From: an uncultured Gemmatimonadota bacterium
GTDB taxonomy: Bacteria; Gemmatimonadota; Gemmatimonadetes; Palauibacterales; Palauibacteraceae
Direction: 5' to 3'
Assembly: GCA_964515425.1 (NCBI GenBank)
Contig: CAZEUW010000001.1
Span: forward strand, 1 to 34,007
Length of the DNA: 34,007 bases
The notes under the pieces are model-generated. The model had not been told where the DNA came from and searched no databases. It saw only the letters and a list, made by a program, of their open reading frames with translations. Shown here piece by piece: positions 7,224-16,310 of this stretch. Numbering within the stretch: position 1 is the stretch's first letter; the number at the start of each line of letters is the position of its first letter. Position numbers and translations under genes: made by a program.

Positions 7224-8243
7224 TCAGCTCCACCGCTCCGGCTTGGGTTCTCGCGCCATGAGCTCGGCCAGCGCCTCGCGCGGGACCACGTCCTCGAACA
7301 GGATGGAGTATACGGCGTCCACGATCGGCATCTCCACCCCGTGCTCCCGTGCCAGCCGCCGGGCGGCACGGGTGGTGGGCACGCCCTCGACCACCTGCTC
7401 GACCTCCTCGAGCGCCTCCTCGACGCTCGCGCCCCGTCCGAGTGCCAGCCCGCACCGGCGGTTCCGGCTGAGCCCCCCCGTGCACGTGAGGATGAGGTCG
7501 CCGACGCCGGCGAGCCCGGAGAGGGTCACCTCCCGGCCACCGAGGGCCACGGTGAGCCGCACCAGCTCGGCCAGCCCGCGAGTGAGGAGCGCGGCCCGGG
7601 CGTTGGACCCCAGCTCCAGGCCGTCGCTGATCCCGGCCGCGATGGCGATCACGTTCTTGAGCGAACCGCCCAGCTCGGTGCCGACGACGTCCGACTGGGT
7701 GTAGATCCGGAAGTGATCGTTCTGGAACAGGCGCTGGCAGCGTACGGCGGCCTCCTGGTCCTCGGCGGCGGCCGCGACCGCGGTCGGCATCTCCCGGACC
7801 AGCTCCACGGCGAAGCTCGGTCCCGAGAGCGCCACGACGGAGTCCTCGGGGCCCAGGTGGAGCGCCTCGGCCATGACCTCGCTCATCCGGAGGCCGGTTT
7901 CGATCTCGATCCCCTTGGAGCCGCTCACGACGAGGGCGTCGTCCGGGAAGGACGCCCGTGCTTCCACGAAGACCTCCCGGACCGCGTGCGACGGGGTGGC
8001 CGAGACGACGATCGAGGCGTTCTCGAGGGCCTCCGCCATCTCGGCCCGGGCGTCGATCGCGTCGGCCAGGCGTGCGTCGGGCAGGTACTTCTCGTTCGAG
8101 GAGCGCTCGCTGATCTCGCGCGCCACGGCGGGGTCGTGCGCCCAGAGCCTGACGCGGTGGCCGTTGCGGGCCAGCACGTCGCCGAGGGCGGTCCCCCAGC
8201 TGCCGGCCCCCAGCACGCAGACCCGCTCTCCGGAACCGCTCAT
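7224..8243 (-). CDS. gpsA: NAD(P)H-dependent glycerol-3-phosphate dehydrogenase
   Basis: This is the 3' part of tracked ORF 7224..8579. ATG 8243 lies in an ATGA overlap with the plsY stop. VCVLGAGSWGTALG is a Rossmann motif. The product is 339 aa. Confidence 0.92.
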   Translation of the reverse strand: MSGSGERVCVLGAGSWGTALGDVLARNGHRVRLWAHDPAVAREISERSSNEKYLPDARLADAIDARAEMAEALENASIVVSATPSHAVREVFVEARASFPDDALVVSGSKGIEIETGLRMSEVMAEALHLGPEDSVVALSGPSFAVELVREMPTAVAAAAEDQEAAVRCQRLFQNDHFRIYTQSDVVGTELGGSLKNVIAIAAGISDGLELGSNARAALLTRGLAELVRLTVALGGREVTLSGLAGVGDLILTCTGGLSRNRRCGLALGRGASVEEALEEVEQVVEGVPTTRAARRLAREHGVEMPIVDAVYSILFEDVVPREALAELMAREPKPERWS

Positions 8244-8839
8244 CGTTCGACGTCCCCGTCGAAGGAGTGCTCCTCGCCCTCGAGGAGGCGGGCCACGTTG
8301 GCGCGATGGGTCCACCCGACCAGGAGCGCGAGCGCGGCGACGAAGAGCACCGTCTCGGCGGGCGCGTCGAGCAGCCAGGCGACGAGCGGGAGGGCCGTGG
8401 CGGCCGACAGCGAGGCCACGGAGACGGTCCGCGTCAGCAGGACCACGCCGCCCCAGATCAGCGTCCCGACCAGCGCGGTCACCGGGGCGAGCGCCACCAC
8501 GACGCCGCCGGACGTCGCCACGCCCTTGCCGCCCCGGAAGCCGAGGAAGGCGGACCAGACGTGCCCGGCGATGGCACACAGGCCGTAGGCGAGGGCCAGC
8601 TCGCGCATCCCGCTCCCGTCCCAGCCGGGGAAGAACCAGGTAGGGACCAGCCCCTTGGCCGCGTCGACGGCCACCACGGGGCCCGCCCAGCGGAAGCCCA
8701 GCACGCGATAGACGTTGGTCGCGCCGAGGTTGCCGCTCCCGCGGCCGTCCACGTCGACCCCAGCGATCCGTCCGGCGATCCAGCTCGAAGGGATCGACCC
8801 CGCCAGGTAGGCGGCCACCAGCAGGGCGGCGACCCTCAA
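8240..8839 (-). CDS. plsY: Glycerol-3-phosphate acyltransferase PlsY
   Basis: This is the 3' part of tracked ORF 8240..9484. Motifs GSGNLGATNVYRVLG and FLGFRGGKGVATS are present. TTG 8839 lies in a TTGA overlap with the der stop. The product is 199 aa. Confidence 0.9.
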   Translation of the reverse strand: MRVAALLVAAYLAGSIPSSWIAGRIAGVDVDGRGSGNLGATNVYRVLGFRWAGPVVAVDAAKGLVPTWFFPGWDGSGMRELALAYGLCAIAGHVWSAFLGFRGGKGVATSGGVVVALAPVTALVGTLIWGGVVLLTRTVSVASLSAATALPLVAWLLDAPAETVLFVAALALLVGWTHRANVARLLEGEEHSFDGDVER

Positions 8840-10203
8840 GCGCTCCCTCCCCTGCCCCGGACCTTCATCCGAACGGGCGTCCCCTCGAAATTCCACGCTT
8901 CGCGGAAGCCGTTCTCGAGATAGCGCACGTAGTGCGTCGCCAGCTCCTCCGGGCGGTTGGCGAAGAGCACGAAGAGCGGCGGCGCCGTACCCGCCTGCGT
9001 CCCGTAATAGATTCGCACGTCGCCGCTTCTGCCCTGGGGAGGCTGGCGCCGCTCGATCAGTTCCCCGAGGACCTCGTTGACCTCGGGCGTGGGGACGCGT
9101 CGGTGTCGGTTGCTCTCGACCTCGAACGCCAGGTCGAGGGCGCGGGACACGCGCTTCCCGGTGCGTGCCGACGCGGTGAGGATGGGTACGCGTCTCAGGT
9201 ACGGGGCCCGTTCGCGGAGGGCCTCGGCGAAGCTCTCCACCAGCCCGGGCTCCTTCTCCTCGATCAGATCCCACTTGTTGGCCACGAAGACCAGCCCTCG
9301 GCCCTCGCTCCACGCTCGGTCGCCGATTCGGAAGTCCTGATTGCCCGCCCCCAGGTGCGCGTCCACCATGAGCAGGCAGACGTCGGCCCGGCGGATCGCC
9401 TCCGCCGCGCGGAGGCGGCTGTAGAACTCGACGTCGTCGTCGACACGCGACCGGCGCCGCAGCCCGGCCGTGTCGATCAGGCAAACCGTCTTGCCGTCGT
9501 ACTCCAGATAGGTGTCGATCGCGTCGCGCGTCGTGCCGGCCTCCTCGTGGACGATGACCCGTTCCTCGCCCAGCAGGCGGTTCACGTAGCTCGACTTGCC
9601 GACGTTGGGCTTCCCGATCACGGCCAGGTGGAGGTCCGCGTGTCGGGTGGGTTCACGCCCCGCCCCTTCCTCGGGGATCGCCTCGACGACCCGATCGAGC
9701 AGGTCGCCGCTCCCCTTCCCGCTCAGGGCGGAGACCGGAGCGGGCTCTCCGAGTCCGAGGCGGTAGAAGTCGAGGTGCGAGAGGTCGCCTCGGGGATCGT
9801 CGACCTTGTTGACGGCGAGGACCACGGGGAGGCCGGAGCGGCGGAGGAGCTCGGCCACGTGCTCGTCGACGGGGTGGACGCCGGTGCGGGCGTCGACCAC
9901 GAAGACCACCGCGTCGGCGCGCTCGAGGGCGAGCAGGACCTGGTGCCGGACCGCGTCCTCCATCGCCCGCTCGGGGTCGTGGACCAGCCCGCCGGTGTCG
10001 GCGAGCAGGAACGAGTGGCCCACCCATTCCGCCGGTGCGAACTGCCGGTCCCGAGTCACGCCGGCCCGCTCGGCCACGATCGCCACCCGACGGCCCAGCA
10101 CCCGGTTGAAGAGCGTGGACTTGCCGACATTGGGCCGGCCGACGATGGCCACGAGCGGGAGCCGGGTCGGGACGTCCGGCAGGCTGTCGACCTCCGCCTC
10201 CAC
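8836..10203 (-). CDS. der: Ribosome-biogenesis GTPase Der (EngA), double G-domain plus KH-like tail
   Basis: Two P-loops are present (GRPNVGKSTLFN and GKPNVGKSSYVN). The chosen start is GTG 10203, preceded by GGGAG about 9 nt upstream. An alternative start is CTG 10263, in a CTGA overlap with the upstream stop. The tracked ATG at 10626 would overlap the upstream gene by 367 nt. Confidence 0.88.
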   Translation of the reverse strand: MEAEVDSLPDVPTRLPLVAIVGRPNVGKSTLFNRVLGRRVAIVAERAGVTRDRQFAPAEWVGHSFLLADTGGLVHDPERAMEDAVRHQVLLALERADAVVFVVDARTGVHPVDEHVAELLRRSGLPVVLAVNKVDDPRGDLSHLDFYRLGLGEPAPVSALSGKGSGDLLDRVVEAIPEEGAGREPTRHADLHLAVIGKPNVGKSSYVNRLLGEERVIVHEEAGTTRDAIDTYLEYDGKTVCLIDTAGLRRRSRVDDDVEFYSRLRAAEAIRRADVCLLMVDAHLGAGNQDFRIGDRAWSEGRGLVFVANKWDLIEEKEPGLVESFAEALRERAPYLRRVPILTASARTGKRVSRALDLAFEVESNRHRRVPTPEVNEVLGELIERRQPPQGRSGDVRIYYGTQAGTAPPLFVLFANRPEELATHYVRYLENGFREAWNFEGTPVRMKVRGRGGSA

Positions 10204-10259
10204 CTCCGGCGGCTCCCGTGTCGACGCGGCGATGGGTCCGGCCCCGTGCCCCGGGAGGC

Positions 10260-11645
10260 TCAGGAGCCTCCCGGAGCCTGTCCGTGCCGGAATCCGGCGA
10301 CCGGCTCCTGCGTCTCCAGGGCGACCTCGAAGGTCGTGCTCCCCTGGGCCGGCACCTGGATCGACGCTTCCCTGCTGGCCACCACGCTTCCGTCGGGGCC
10401 GAGGAACTCGAACGGAACGGTCACGGTCTGACCCGCCCGCGTGCCCGGGTTCACCTGTCCTCGGATCACGTATCGGTTCTCGGACTCCCGCACCATGTTC
10501 AGCTGCGAGAACTCCAGGGGCAGGTTCTGGATGCGCGGCAGCAGCTGCTGCACGCGACCCGTTCGCCCCTGCTGGTCGAGCGCCTGGATCAGGGTTCTGT
10601 AGAGGTCCTTCTGGTACGGATACCACTCGACGAGCGTGTCGGCGAGCGCGGCCGCATCGCCCACGCTCCCCGAGACGCGATGGATCTCGACCAAGTTCTG
10701 CATCGTGGGCTTGTCGTAGGGCTGCAGCTCACGCGCTCGCTCGAAGGCCACCTTCGCGCCCTGGATCGACTGCGATCGCATCAGCCCGACGCCGACGTTG
10801 AACCACTGCGAGAAGGAGAGGTCGTCCCGCTGGAGGAGCCGGTCGAACACCGCGTCGGCGCTGTCGGCGAGCGACGTCTGACTGCTGTCGCTCGAGGCCA
10901 CTTCCCGCAGTGCCACGGCGTAGTTGATGTTCGCGGTCACGTCGTCGGGGTTCCGCTGGAGATAGTCCGAGTAGATGCTCAGCGACTCGTCGATCTGTCC
11001 CTGCTGCCGCAGCAGCTCGGCCAGGTTGATGTAGGCGGCCCGCACCTGCTCGGTGGCGGTCGAGTCCGACGCCACCTCGAGCGACCGCCGATACAGGGAC
11101 TCCGCCCGCCCGGTCTCGCCCCTCTGCTGCAGGAGGAGCGCCGCGTTGTTGAGAGAGCGGGGATCCTCGCGGATCACGTTGGCGGACGCGAACCGGTCGA
11201 GCGCCGTGCTGTCGTTCCCCGCCTGGTAGGCGCGGATCCCGGCGTTGTACGCGTCCACCCAGGCGTTCTGTCGGGCGGCCTGGGTGAGGTCGGTGCAGCC
11301 TGGCGAGAGGGCGATGAAGCGATTGAACATCGAGTCGGCCATCGCGAGGTTGCCGAGCCCGATGTGCGCGCGCCCGGCCAGCCAGAAAGCGGCGGCGTCC
11401 TCCTCGTTCTGCGCCAGGGCCAGGCGGACACGGGTCAGCGCCTGATCGTAGCGCGAGCGGGCCTGCTCCGGCGCGACCGTGTCGAGCTCCATGGCCTGGT
11501 CGATCATCTCCTCGGCCTGTCGCGTGGCCTCGGTGCCCTCCATCTGGCACTCCTGCTCCTGGCCGACCAGGTCGCCGCTCGCCACCGTGAGCGACACGCC
11601 GGCGACGAAGAGGGCTCGGAGCAGGCTCGGTGTACGTTCGAACAC
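10260..11645 (-). CDS. Secreted tetratricopeptide-repeat protein with a C-terminal beta-rich domain
   Basis: GTG 11645 is preceded by GGGAGA 5 nt upstream. This start yields a signal-peptide-like N-terminus (FERTPSLLRALFVAGVSLTVASG). Multiple TPR-like helical pairs follow. The tail VIRGQVNPGTRAGQTVTVPFEFLGPDGSVV looks beta-sandwich-like. Confidence 0.8.
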   Translation of the reverse strand: MFERTPSLLRALFVAGVSLTVASGDLVGQEQECQMEGTEATRQAEEMIDQAMELDTVAPEQARSRYDQALTRVRLALAQNEEDAAAFWLAGRAHIGLGNLAMADSMFNRFIALSPGCTDLTQAARQNAWVDAYNAGIRAYQAGNDSTALDRFASANVIREDPRSLNNAALLLQQRGETGRAESLYRRSLEVASDSTATEQVRAAYINLAELLRQQGQIDESLSIYSDYLQRNPDDVTANINYAVALREVASSDSSQTSLADSADAVFDRLLQRDDLSFSQWFNVGVGLMRSQSIQGAKVAFERARELQPYDKPTMQNLVEIHRVSGSVGDAAALADTLVEWYPYQKDLYRTLIQALDQQGRTGRVQQLLPRIQNLPLEFSQLNMVRESENRYVIRGQVNPGTRAGQTVTVPFEFLGPDGSVVASREASIQVPAQGSTTFEVALETQEPVAGFRHGQAPGGS

Positions 11646-11666
11646 GGATTTCTCCCTTCCGGATCT

Positions 11667-11746
11667 CGTGCTGTCGTGCCACGGCGCGGCGAGCGCGCAC
11701 GCGGTCGAACCGCGTCTCGTTCCGCTCCGCCGCGGCGTGCTGTCGT
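11667..11746. repeat. Exact 11-nt direct repeat CGTGCTGTCGT (11667-11677 and 11736-11746) in the 192-nt thrC/TPR intergenic gap
   Basis: Read directly from the sequence. The two copies are spaced 69 nt apart and lie in one of the few real intergenic gaps of the array. Confidence 0.6.
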
Positions 11747-11837
11747 CGTTCGGGCGGTCATACCCAGGGGGCCGCGGCTCGGTCCCCGATGACGTAGACG
11801 TGTGCGCCCGGAAGCCCGTCACTCCGCGGTTCCGATC

Positions 11838-12983
11838 TCAGTAGACGAGCGCGCCCGCCGTGTTGAAGAGCACCACGGCCTCGCCCGATCGGAGCTCGCC
11901 GGCCTCCCGCAGCCGGCGGGCGGCGGCGAGCGTCGCGCCGCCCTCGACGGCGGCGTCGATGCCCTCCCTCGCGCCCAGGTCGCGGCTCCCTCGGCGCATC
12001 GCATCGTCCTCGACGGCGACGGCACCCCCGTCCGATTCCCGGAGCGCCCGGAGGATGAGGAAGTCCCCAAGGGCGGACGGCACGCGGAGCCCCCAGGCCT
12101 CCGTGTCGGGGGAATCCCAGGCTGGGGCCTCGTCCCGGCCCCGCCGCCAGGCCCGGACCATGGGCGCGCAACCCTCGCTCTGGACCGCGTAGAGCCGGGT
12201 CCGCCGCTCGCCGAGCCCCAGCGCCTCGAGCTCGCCCAGCACCTTCCAGGTGGCGATCAGGCCGGTGCCGCCCCCCGTCGGGTAGACGACGGCGTCCGGG
12301 GCACGCCATCCGAGCGCCGCGAGGATCTCCAGCATCATCGTCTTCTTGCCCTCCACGCGGTACGGCTCGCGCAGCGTCGAGACCCCGAACGCGCCCGTCC
12401 GTTCGGCCCATGCCGACGCCCGGGCGCCGCACTCGTCGATCAGACCGTCCACTTCCACCGTCTCGGCCCCGTAGTGCCGGCAGCGGCGCCGGACCCCGTC
12501 CGGCGTGTCGGCCGGCAGGAAGACGCGGGCGGTCACCCCGGCCCGGGCGGCGTACGCGGCCAGAGCCGCTCCCGCGTTGCCGGCGCTCGGCACGACGAGG
12601 GCCTCGGCCCCGTCCCGGACGGCGCGGGTCACGGCCGCCGAGAGCCCCCGGTCCTTGAAGCTGCCCGTCGGGTTCCGGCTCTCGTCCTTGACCATCAGTT
12701 CGAGCTCGAGCTCCGAGGAGAGGCGGCCGGCGCGGTGCAGCGGCGTGCCTCCCTCCCCCAGGGTCACCGGCGCCTCGCCCTCCCGCAGTGGCAGCAACTC
12801 GCGGAATCGCCACATGCCGCCGCCGGAGCGTCCCTCCCACCGTCGACGAAGCGCCGGGCCGGACTCGGCCGCCTCGTACCGGGCGAAGAGCGGGGATCCG
12901 CAGTCGGAGCACACGGTGGTGCCCGGCCGGGCCTCCACGGACCGTTCGCAGCGGGAGCAGGCGAGCCGGCCGGTGAAGATCAG
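11838..12983 (-). CDS. thrC: Threonine synthase (short form with N-terminal CxxC...CxxC zinc ribbon)
   Basis: The PLP motif NPTGSFKDRG is present, along with PSAGNAGAA, YPTGGGTG and the zinc ribbon CSRCERSVEARPGTTVCSDCG. The start is uncertain. No ATG, GTG or TTG lies between the gltX stop and the zinc ribbon, so the end coordinate is set at CTG 12983 (CTGA overlap). Confidence 0.85.
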   Translation of the reverse strand: MIFTGRLACSRCERSVEARPGTTVCSDCGSPLFARYEAAESGPALRRRWEGRSGGGMWRFRELLPLREGEAPVTLGEGGTPLHRAGRLSSELELELMVKDESRNPTGSFKDRGLSAAVTRAVRDGAEALVVPSAGNAGAALAAYAARAGVTARVFLPADTPDGVRRRCRHYGAETVEVDGLIDECGARASAWAERTGAFGVSTLREPYRVEGKKTMMLEILAALGWRAPDAVVYPTGGGTGLIATWKVLGELEALGLGERRTRLYAVQSEGCAPMVRAWRRGRDEAPAWDSPDTEAWGLRVPSALGDFLILRALRESDGGAVAVEDDAMRRGSRDLGAREGIDAAVEGGATLAAARRLREAGELRSGEAVVLFNTAGALVY

Positions 12984-14446
12984 CCGCTCCCGCCGCGTTC
13001 GCCGGTCGGTGCGTCGGCCGCGGCCCGCTCGAGCGCGGCGCGCAGACGGCCGAGCGTCCGCTCGCGCCCCAGCGTGAACGCCACGGCCGCGAGATCGGGC
13101 CCTTCCAGCGCTCCCGTCAGCGCCGCCCGCAGGGGGCGGTAGAACGCCGCCCCCGACGCCTCGCAGCGCTGCCGCGCGGCGGCCACCGCGTCCCGGACGG
13201 CGTCGGCCGTCCACTCCTCGATCCCCTCCAGGGCCCGGAGGGTGGCCTCGAGCACTTCGACGGCGCCGTCCGCCTCCAGGGAGCGGCCGGCTTCCCCGTC
13301 GAGGCCCGGTGGCGCGAAGAGCGAAGCGGCCTCCTCGACGGCCTCGCTCAGCAGCTGCGCGCGGTCGCGCTCCAGCGCGGCCACCGCCTCCCGATCGCGC
13401 GCGTCGAGCTCCAGCCCGGCGGCGGACAGGTGGGGTTCGAGCCGACCGGCGAGCTCGGCCGGGGGCTCCTCGGCCAGGTGTCGGCCGGATAGCCAGCGCA
13501 GCTTCCCGAGGTCGATCTCGGTGTCGGCGCTGCCCACCCGGTCCAGATCCACCTCCGCGACGATCCGCTCCCGCGGAAGGAACTCGTCACCGGACGGGCT
13601 GGACCAGGCGAGCAGCGAGAGGTAGTTGACGACCGCGTCGGGGTGGTAGCCCTCGTCGCGAAGCGCTAGCAGCCCGCGCGCCCCCGCGCGCTTGGAGAGC
13701 CCGCCCCCGCCCGGCGCACGCACCAGGGGGATGTGCGCGAACTCCGGGGGCTCGGCGTCGAGCGCCCGGTAGAGCAGGACCTGCTTGGGCGTGTTGGCGA
13801 GGTGGTCGACACCCCGGATCACGTGCGAGATCTCCATGAGGAGGTCGTCGACCACGACGGCGAAGTTGTAGGTCGGCCGGCCGTCGGAACGGAGGAGGAC
13901 GGGATCCCCGAAGTCGGCGGCGTCGATCGCCACCCGGCCCCGGACGCGGTCGTGGAACACCACCTCGCCCTCGCCCACGTGGAATCGCACGCTGGGCTCG
14001 CGGTCCGACCGCCGCAGACGCTCCCGCTCGCGCGGGCCGAGCTCCCGGCAGCGCCCGTCGTAGCCGGGAGCCCTCCCCTGGTGGCGTGCCGACCGGCGCC
14101 GGGCCTCCAGCTCCTCCGGGGTGCAGTAGCAGCGGTACGCGACCCCGGCCTCCAGCAGCCGCTCGGCGTGGTCGCGGTAGAGCTCGAGACGCTCGCTCTG
14201 CCGGTAGGGCCCGAAGGGTCCGCCGACGTCCGGTCCCTCGTCGGGCTCGAGTCCGAGCCAGCGGAGGCCCTCCTGGATCAGGCGCTCGGCGTCGCCGACC
14301 TGTCGATCCGTGTCGGTGTCCTCGAACCGGAGGACGAAGGTGCCGCCGTGGCGCCGCGCGAAGGCCCAGTTCAGCACCGCCGTGCGGGCGTTGCCCAGGT
14401 GGAGCTCGCCGGTGGGGCTCGGGGCGAAGCGGGTACGGACCGTCAC
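12980..14446 (-). CDS. gltX: Glutamate--tRNA ligase
   Basis: The N-terminus RFAPSPTGELHLGNARTAV carries the HIGH-type motif, and LSKRAGA is the KMSKS-like motif. GTG 14446 lies in a GTGA overlap with the uvrC stop. Confidence 0.95.
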   Translation of the reverse strand: MTVRTRFAPSPTGELHLGNARTAVLNWAFARRHGGTFVLRFEDTDTDRQVGDAERLIQEGLRWLGLEPDEGPDVGGPFGPYRQSERLELYRDHAERLLEAGVAYRCYCTPEELEARRRSARHQGRAPGYDGRCRELGPRERERLRRSDREPSVRFHVGEGEVVFHDRVRGRVAIDAADFGDPVLLRSDGRPTYNFAVVVDDLLMEISHVIRGVDHLANTPKQVLLYRALDAEPPEFAHIPLVRAPGGGGLSKRAGARGLLALRDEGYHPDAVVNYLSLLAWSSPSGDEFLPRERIVAEVDLDRVGSADTEIDLGKLRWLSGRHLAEEPPAELAGRLEPHLSAAGLELDARDREAVAALERDRAQLLSEAVEEAASLFAPPGLDGEAGRSLEADGAVEVLEATLRALEGIEEWTADAVRDAVAAARQRCEASGAAFYRPLRAALTGALEGPDLAAVAFTLGRERTLGRLRAALERAAADAPTGERGGSG

Positions 14447-16302
14447 GGGCCCTCGTCCGTCAGGGCGGTCCGGATGCGCTCGGCCGTCGTCCGGCCCACC
14501 CCTGGCGTCGCGGCCAGCTCCTCCTCCGTGGCCCGGCGGATCGAATCGAGGCTGCCGAAGCGCCGCAGGAGGGCCTGCTCGCGGCTGGGGCCCACCCCCT
14601 CGATCTCCGAGAGTCGCGAGCGGAGGGTCCGCCGCTTGCGGAGGTTCCGGTTGTAGGAGAGCGCGAAGCGGTGCGCCTCGTCGCGGGCGCGCTGGAGCCA
14701 GTGGAGCCCGGCATCGGTCCGATCGAGCCGCACCGGTTCGGACCGCTCCGGGAGGAAGACCTCCTCCTCCCGCTTGGCGAGCGCGACCACCGGGACGTCC
14801 GAGACGCCGGCCGCCTCCATCGCCTGGCGGGCGGCTCCCAGCTGCCCCTTCCCGCCGTCCACGACGACCAGGTCCGGCACCACGCCGCCCTCCCGCACAC
14901 GTCGCTGGAAGTAGCGGCCGACGATCTCCTGCATCATGGCGTAGTCGTCCGAGCGCCCCTCCTCGGTGCCCCGGATCCGGAACCGACGATACTCGTCCTT
15001 CCGGGGCCCGTCGGGTCCGAGCCAGACGGCGCTACCGACGGAGTCGGCCCCCTGCAGCGTGGAGACGTCGAAGCACAGCAGGCTCCGGGGCGGTGCCTCG
15101 AGCCCCAGTCGGTCGGCCAGCGCCTCGCCGGCCGCCCCTCTCACGGCCGTTCCGTCGTCGGGCGATCCCGATCCGTCGCCGTCGAGCTCGCGCCGGAGGA
15201 GGTGCCCGGCGTTCTCCTCGGCGAGCTCGACGAGCCGTCGCTTGCGGCCCCGGGCTGGCACGCGGATGCGGAAGGGCGCGTCCCGCCGCACCGAAAGGTA
15301 CTCGGCGACCAGGGCCCGGTCCTCGAAGTCCTCTGGCACGAGCAGCTCGCGCGGGAGGTCTTCCTGCCGGAGGTAGAAGCCCTTCACGAACGCGCCGGCC
15401 AGGCCGTCACCGGCCGCGTCGGGCTCGCGGAGGAAGTGGACCTCGCGGCCCATGAGCCGCCCCTCCCGGACGCGCAGCACCACGCCGCAGGCGGTCGCGC
15501 CGCGCCGGGCGACGCCGAGCACGTCGCGATCGCCACCCCGGAAGTCGACGGGCGCCCGGCCCCGCTCCATCGAGGAGAGGCCCTCGAGCACCTCCTTCAG
15601 CTCCGCCGCCCGCTCGAAGTCCAGCTCCTCCGCGGCCTCCGCCATCCGTTCCCGCACCGATCGCTTCACCTCGCCGGTGCGTCCGGAGAGGACGCCGACG
15701 ATCTCGTCGATCATCGCCCGGTATTCCTCGCGGCTCTGATGGCCCGCGCAGGGGGCCTCGCAGCGCCCGATGTGATAGTCGAGGCACGGACGGTCCGGCA
15801 TCTCCTCCGGCATGTCGTAGTGGCACGAGCGCACGGGATACAGGCTCTTGAGCATCCGGAGGGCGCTTCGCATGCCGCCGACGTCGGTGTACGGGCCGAA
15901 GTAGCGGGACCCGTCACGCTCGAGGCGGCGGGTGACCATCACCCGCGGGAACGGCTCTTGGACGGTCACCTTGACGTACGGGTAGCTCTTGTCGTCCCGG
16001 AGCTGGACGTTGAAGCGCGGCTCGTGCTCCTTGATGAGGTTCCACTCGAGCAGGAGCGCCTCGGCCTCGGAGTCGAGGACGAAGGTCTCGAAGTCCCGGA
16101 TCCGGCGGGCCAGCTCGCGCAGCTTGACGCCGCGGCCGGCCTCCGATCCGAAGTAGCTGCGGACGCGCGAGCGGAGGGACTTGGCCTTGCCGACGTAGAG
16201 CACATCGCCGTCCCCGTCGCGGAAAACGTAGACCCCCGGCCGGTCGGGGAGCTCCCCGGCCTCGCTCCTCAGCCGATCGAATCGTGGGTCCGTGCGCGTC
16301 AT
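14443..16302 (-). CDS. uvrC: Excinuclease ABC subunit C
   Basis: This is the 3' 619 codons of tracked ORF 14443..17412. ATG 16302 gives MTRTDPRFDRL...PGVYVFRDGDGDVLYVGKAKSLRSRV, the GIY-YIG domain. A UVR domain, an endonuclease domain and a C-terminal HhH follow. Confidence 0.95.
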   Translation of the reverse strand: MTRTDPRFDRLRSEAGELPDRPGVYVFRDGDGDVLYVGKAKSLRSRVRSYFGSEAGRGVKLRELARRIRDFETFVLDSEAEALLLEWNLIKEHEPRFNVQLRDDKSYPYVKVTVQEPFPRVMVTRRLERDGSRYFGPYTDVGGMRSALRMLKSLYPVRSCHYDMPEEMPDRPCLDYHIGRCEAPCAGHQSREEYRAMIDEIVGVLSGRTGEVKRSVRERMAEAAEELDFERAAELKEVLEGLSSMERGRAPVDFRGGDRDVLGVARRGATACGVVLRVREGRLMGREVHFLREPDAAGDGLAGAFVKGFYLRQEDLPRELLVPEDFEDRALVAEYLSVRRDAPFRIRVPARGRKRRLVELAEENAGHLLRRELDGDGSGSPDDGTAVRGAAGEALADRLGLEAPPRSLLCFDVSTLQGADSVGSAVWLGPDGPRKDEYRRFRIRGTEEGRSDDYAMMQEIVGRYFQRRVREGGVVPDLVVVDGGKGQLGAARQAMEAAGVSDVPVVALAKREEEVFLPERSEPVRLDRTDAGLHWLQRARDEAHRFALSYNRNLRKRRTLRSRLSEIEGVGPSREQALLRRFGSLDSIRRATEEELAATPGVGRTTAERIRTALTDEGP

Positions 16303-16310
16303 GGGTGGGG

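Noticed and set aside
11646-11822. GTG 11822 as the start of the TPR protein, which would remove the 192-nt gap.
   Set aside because: It would bury the obvious signal peptide 59 residues inside an Arg/Ser/Thr/Pro-rich extension, and the GGAG there abuts the start codon. GTG 11645 has a well-spaced GGGAGA and puts the signal peptide at the N-terminus.
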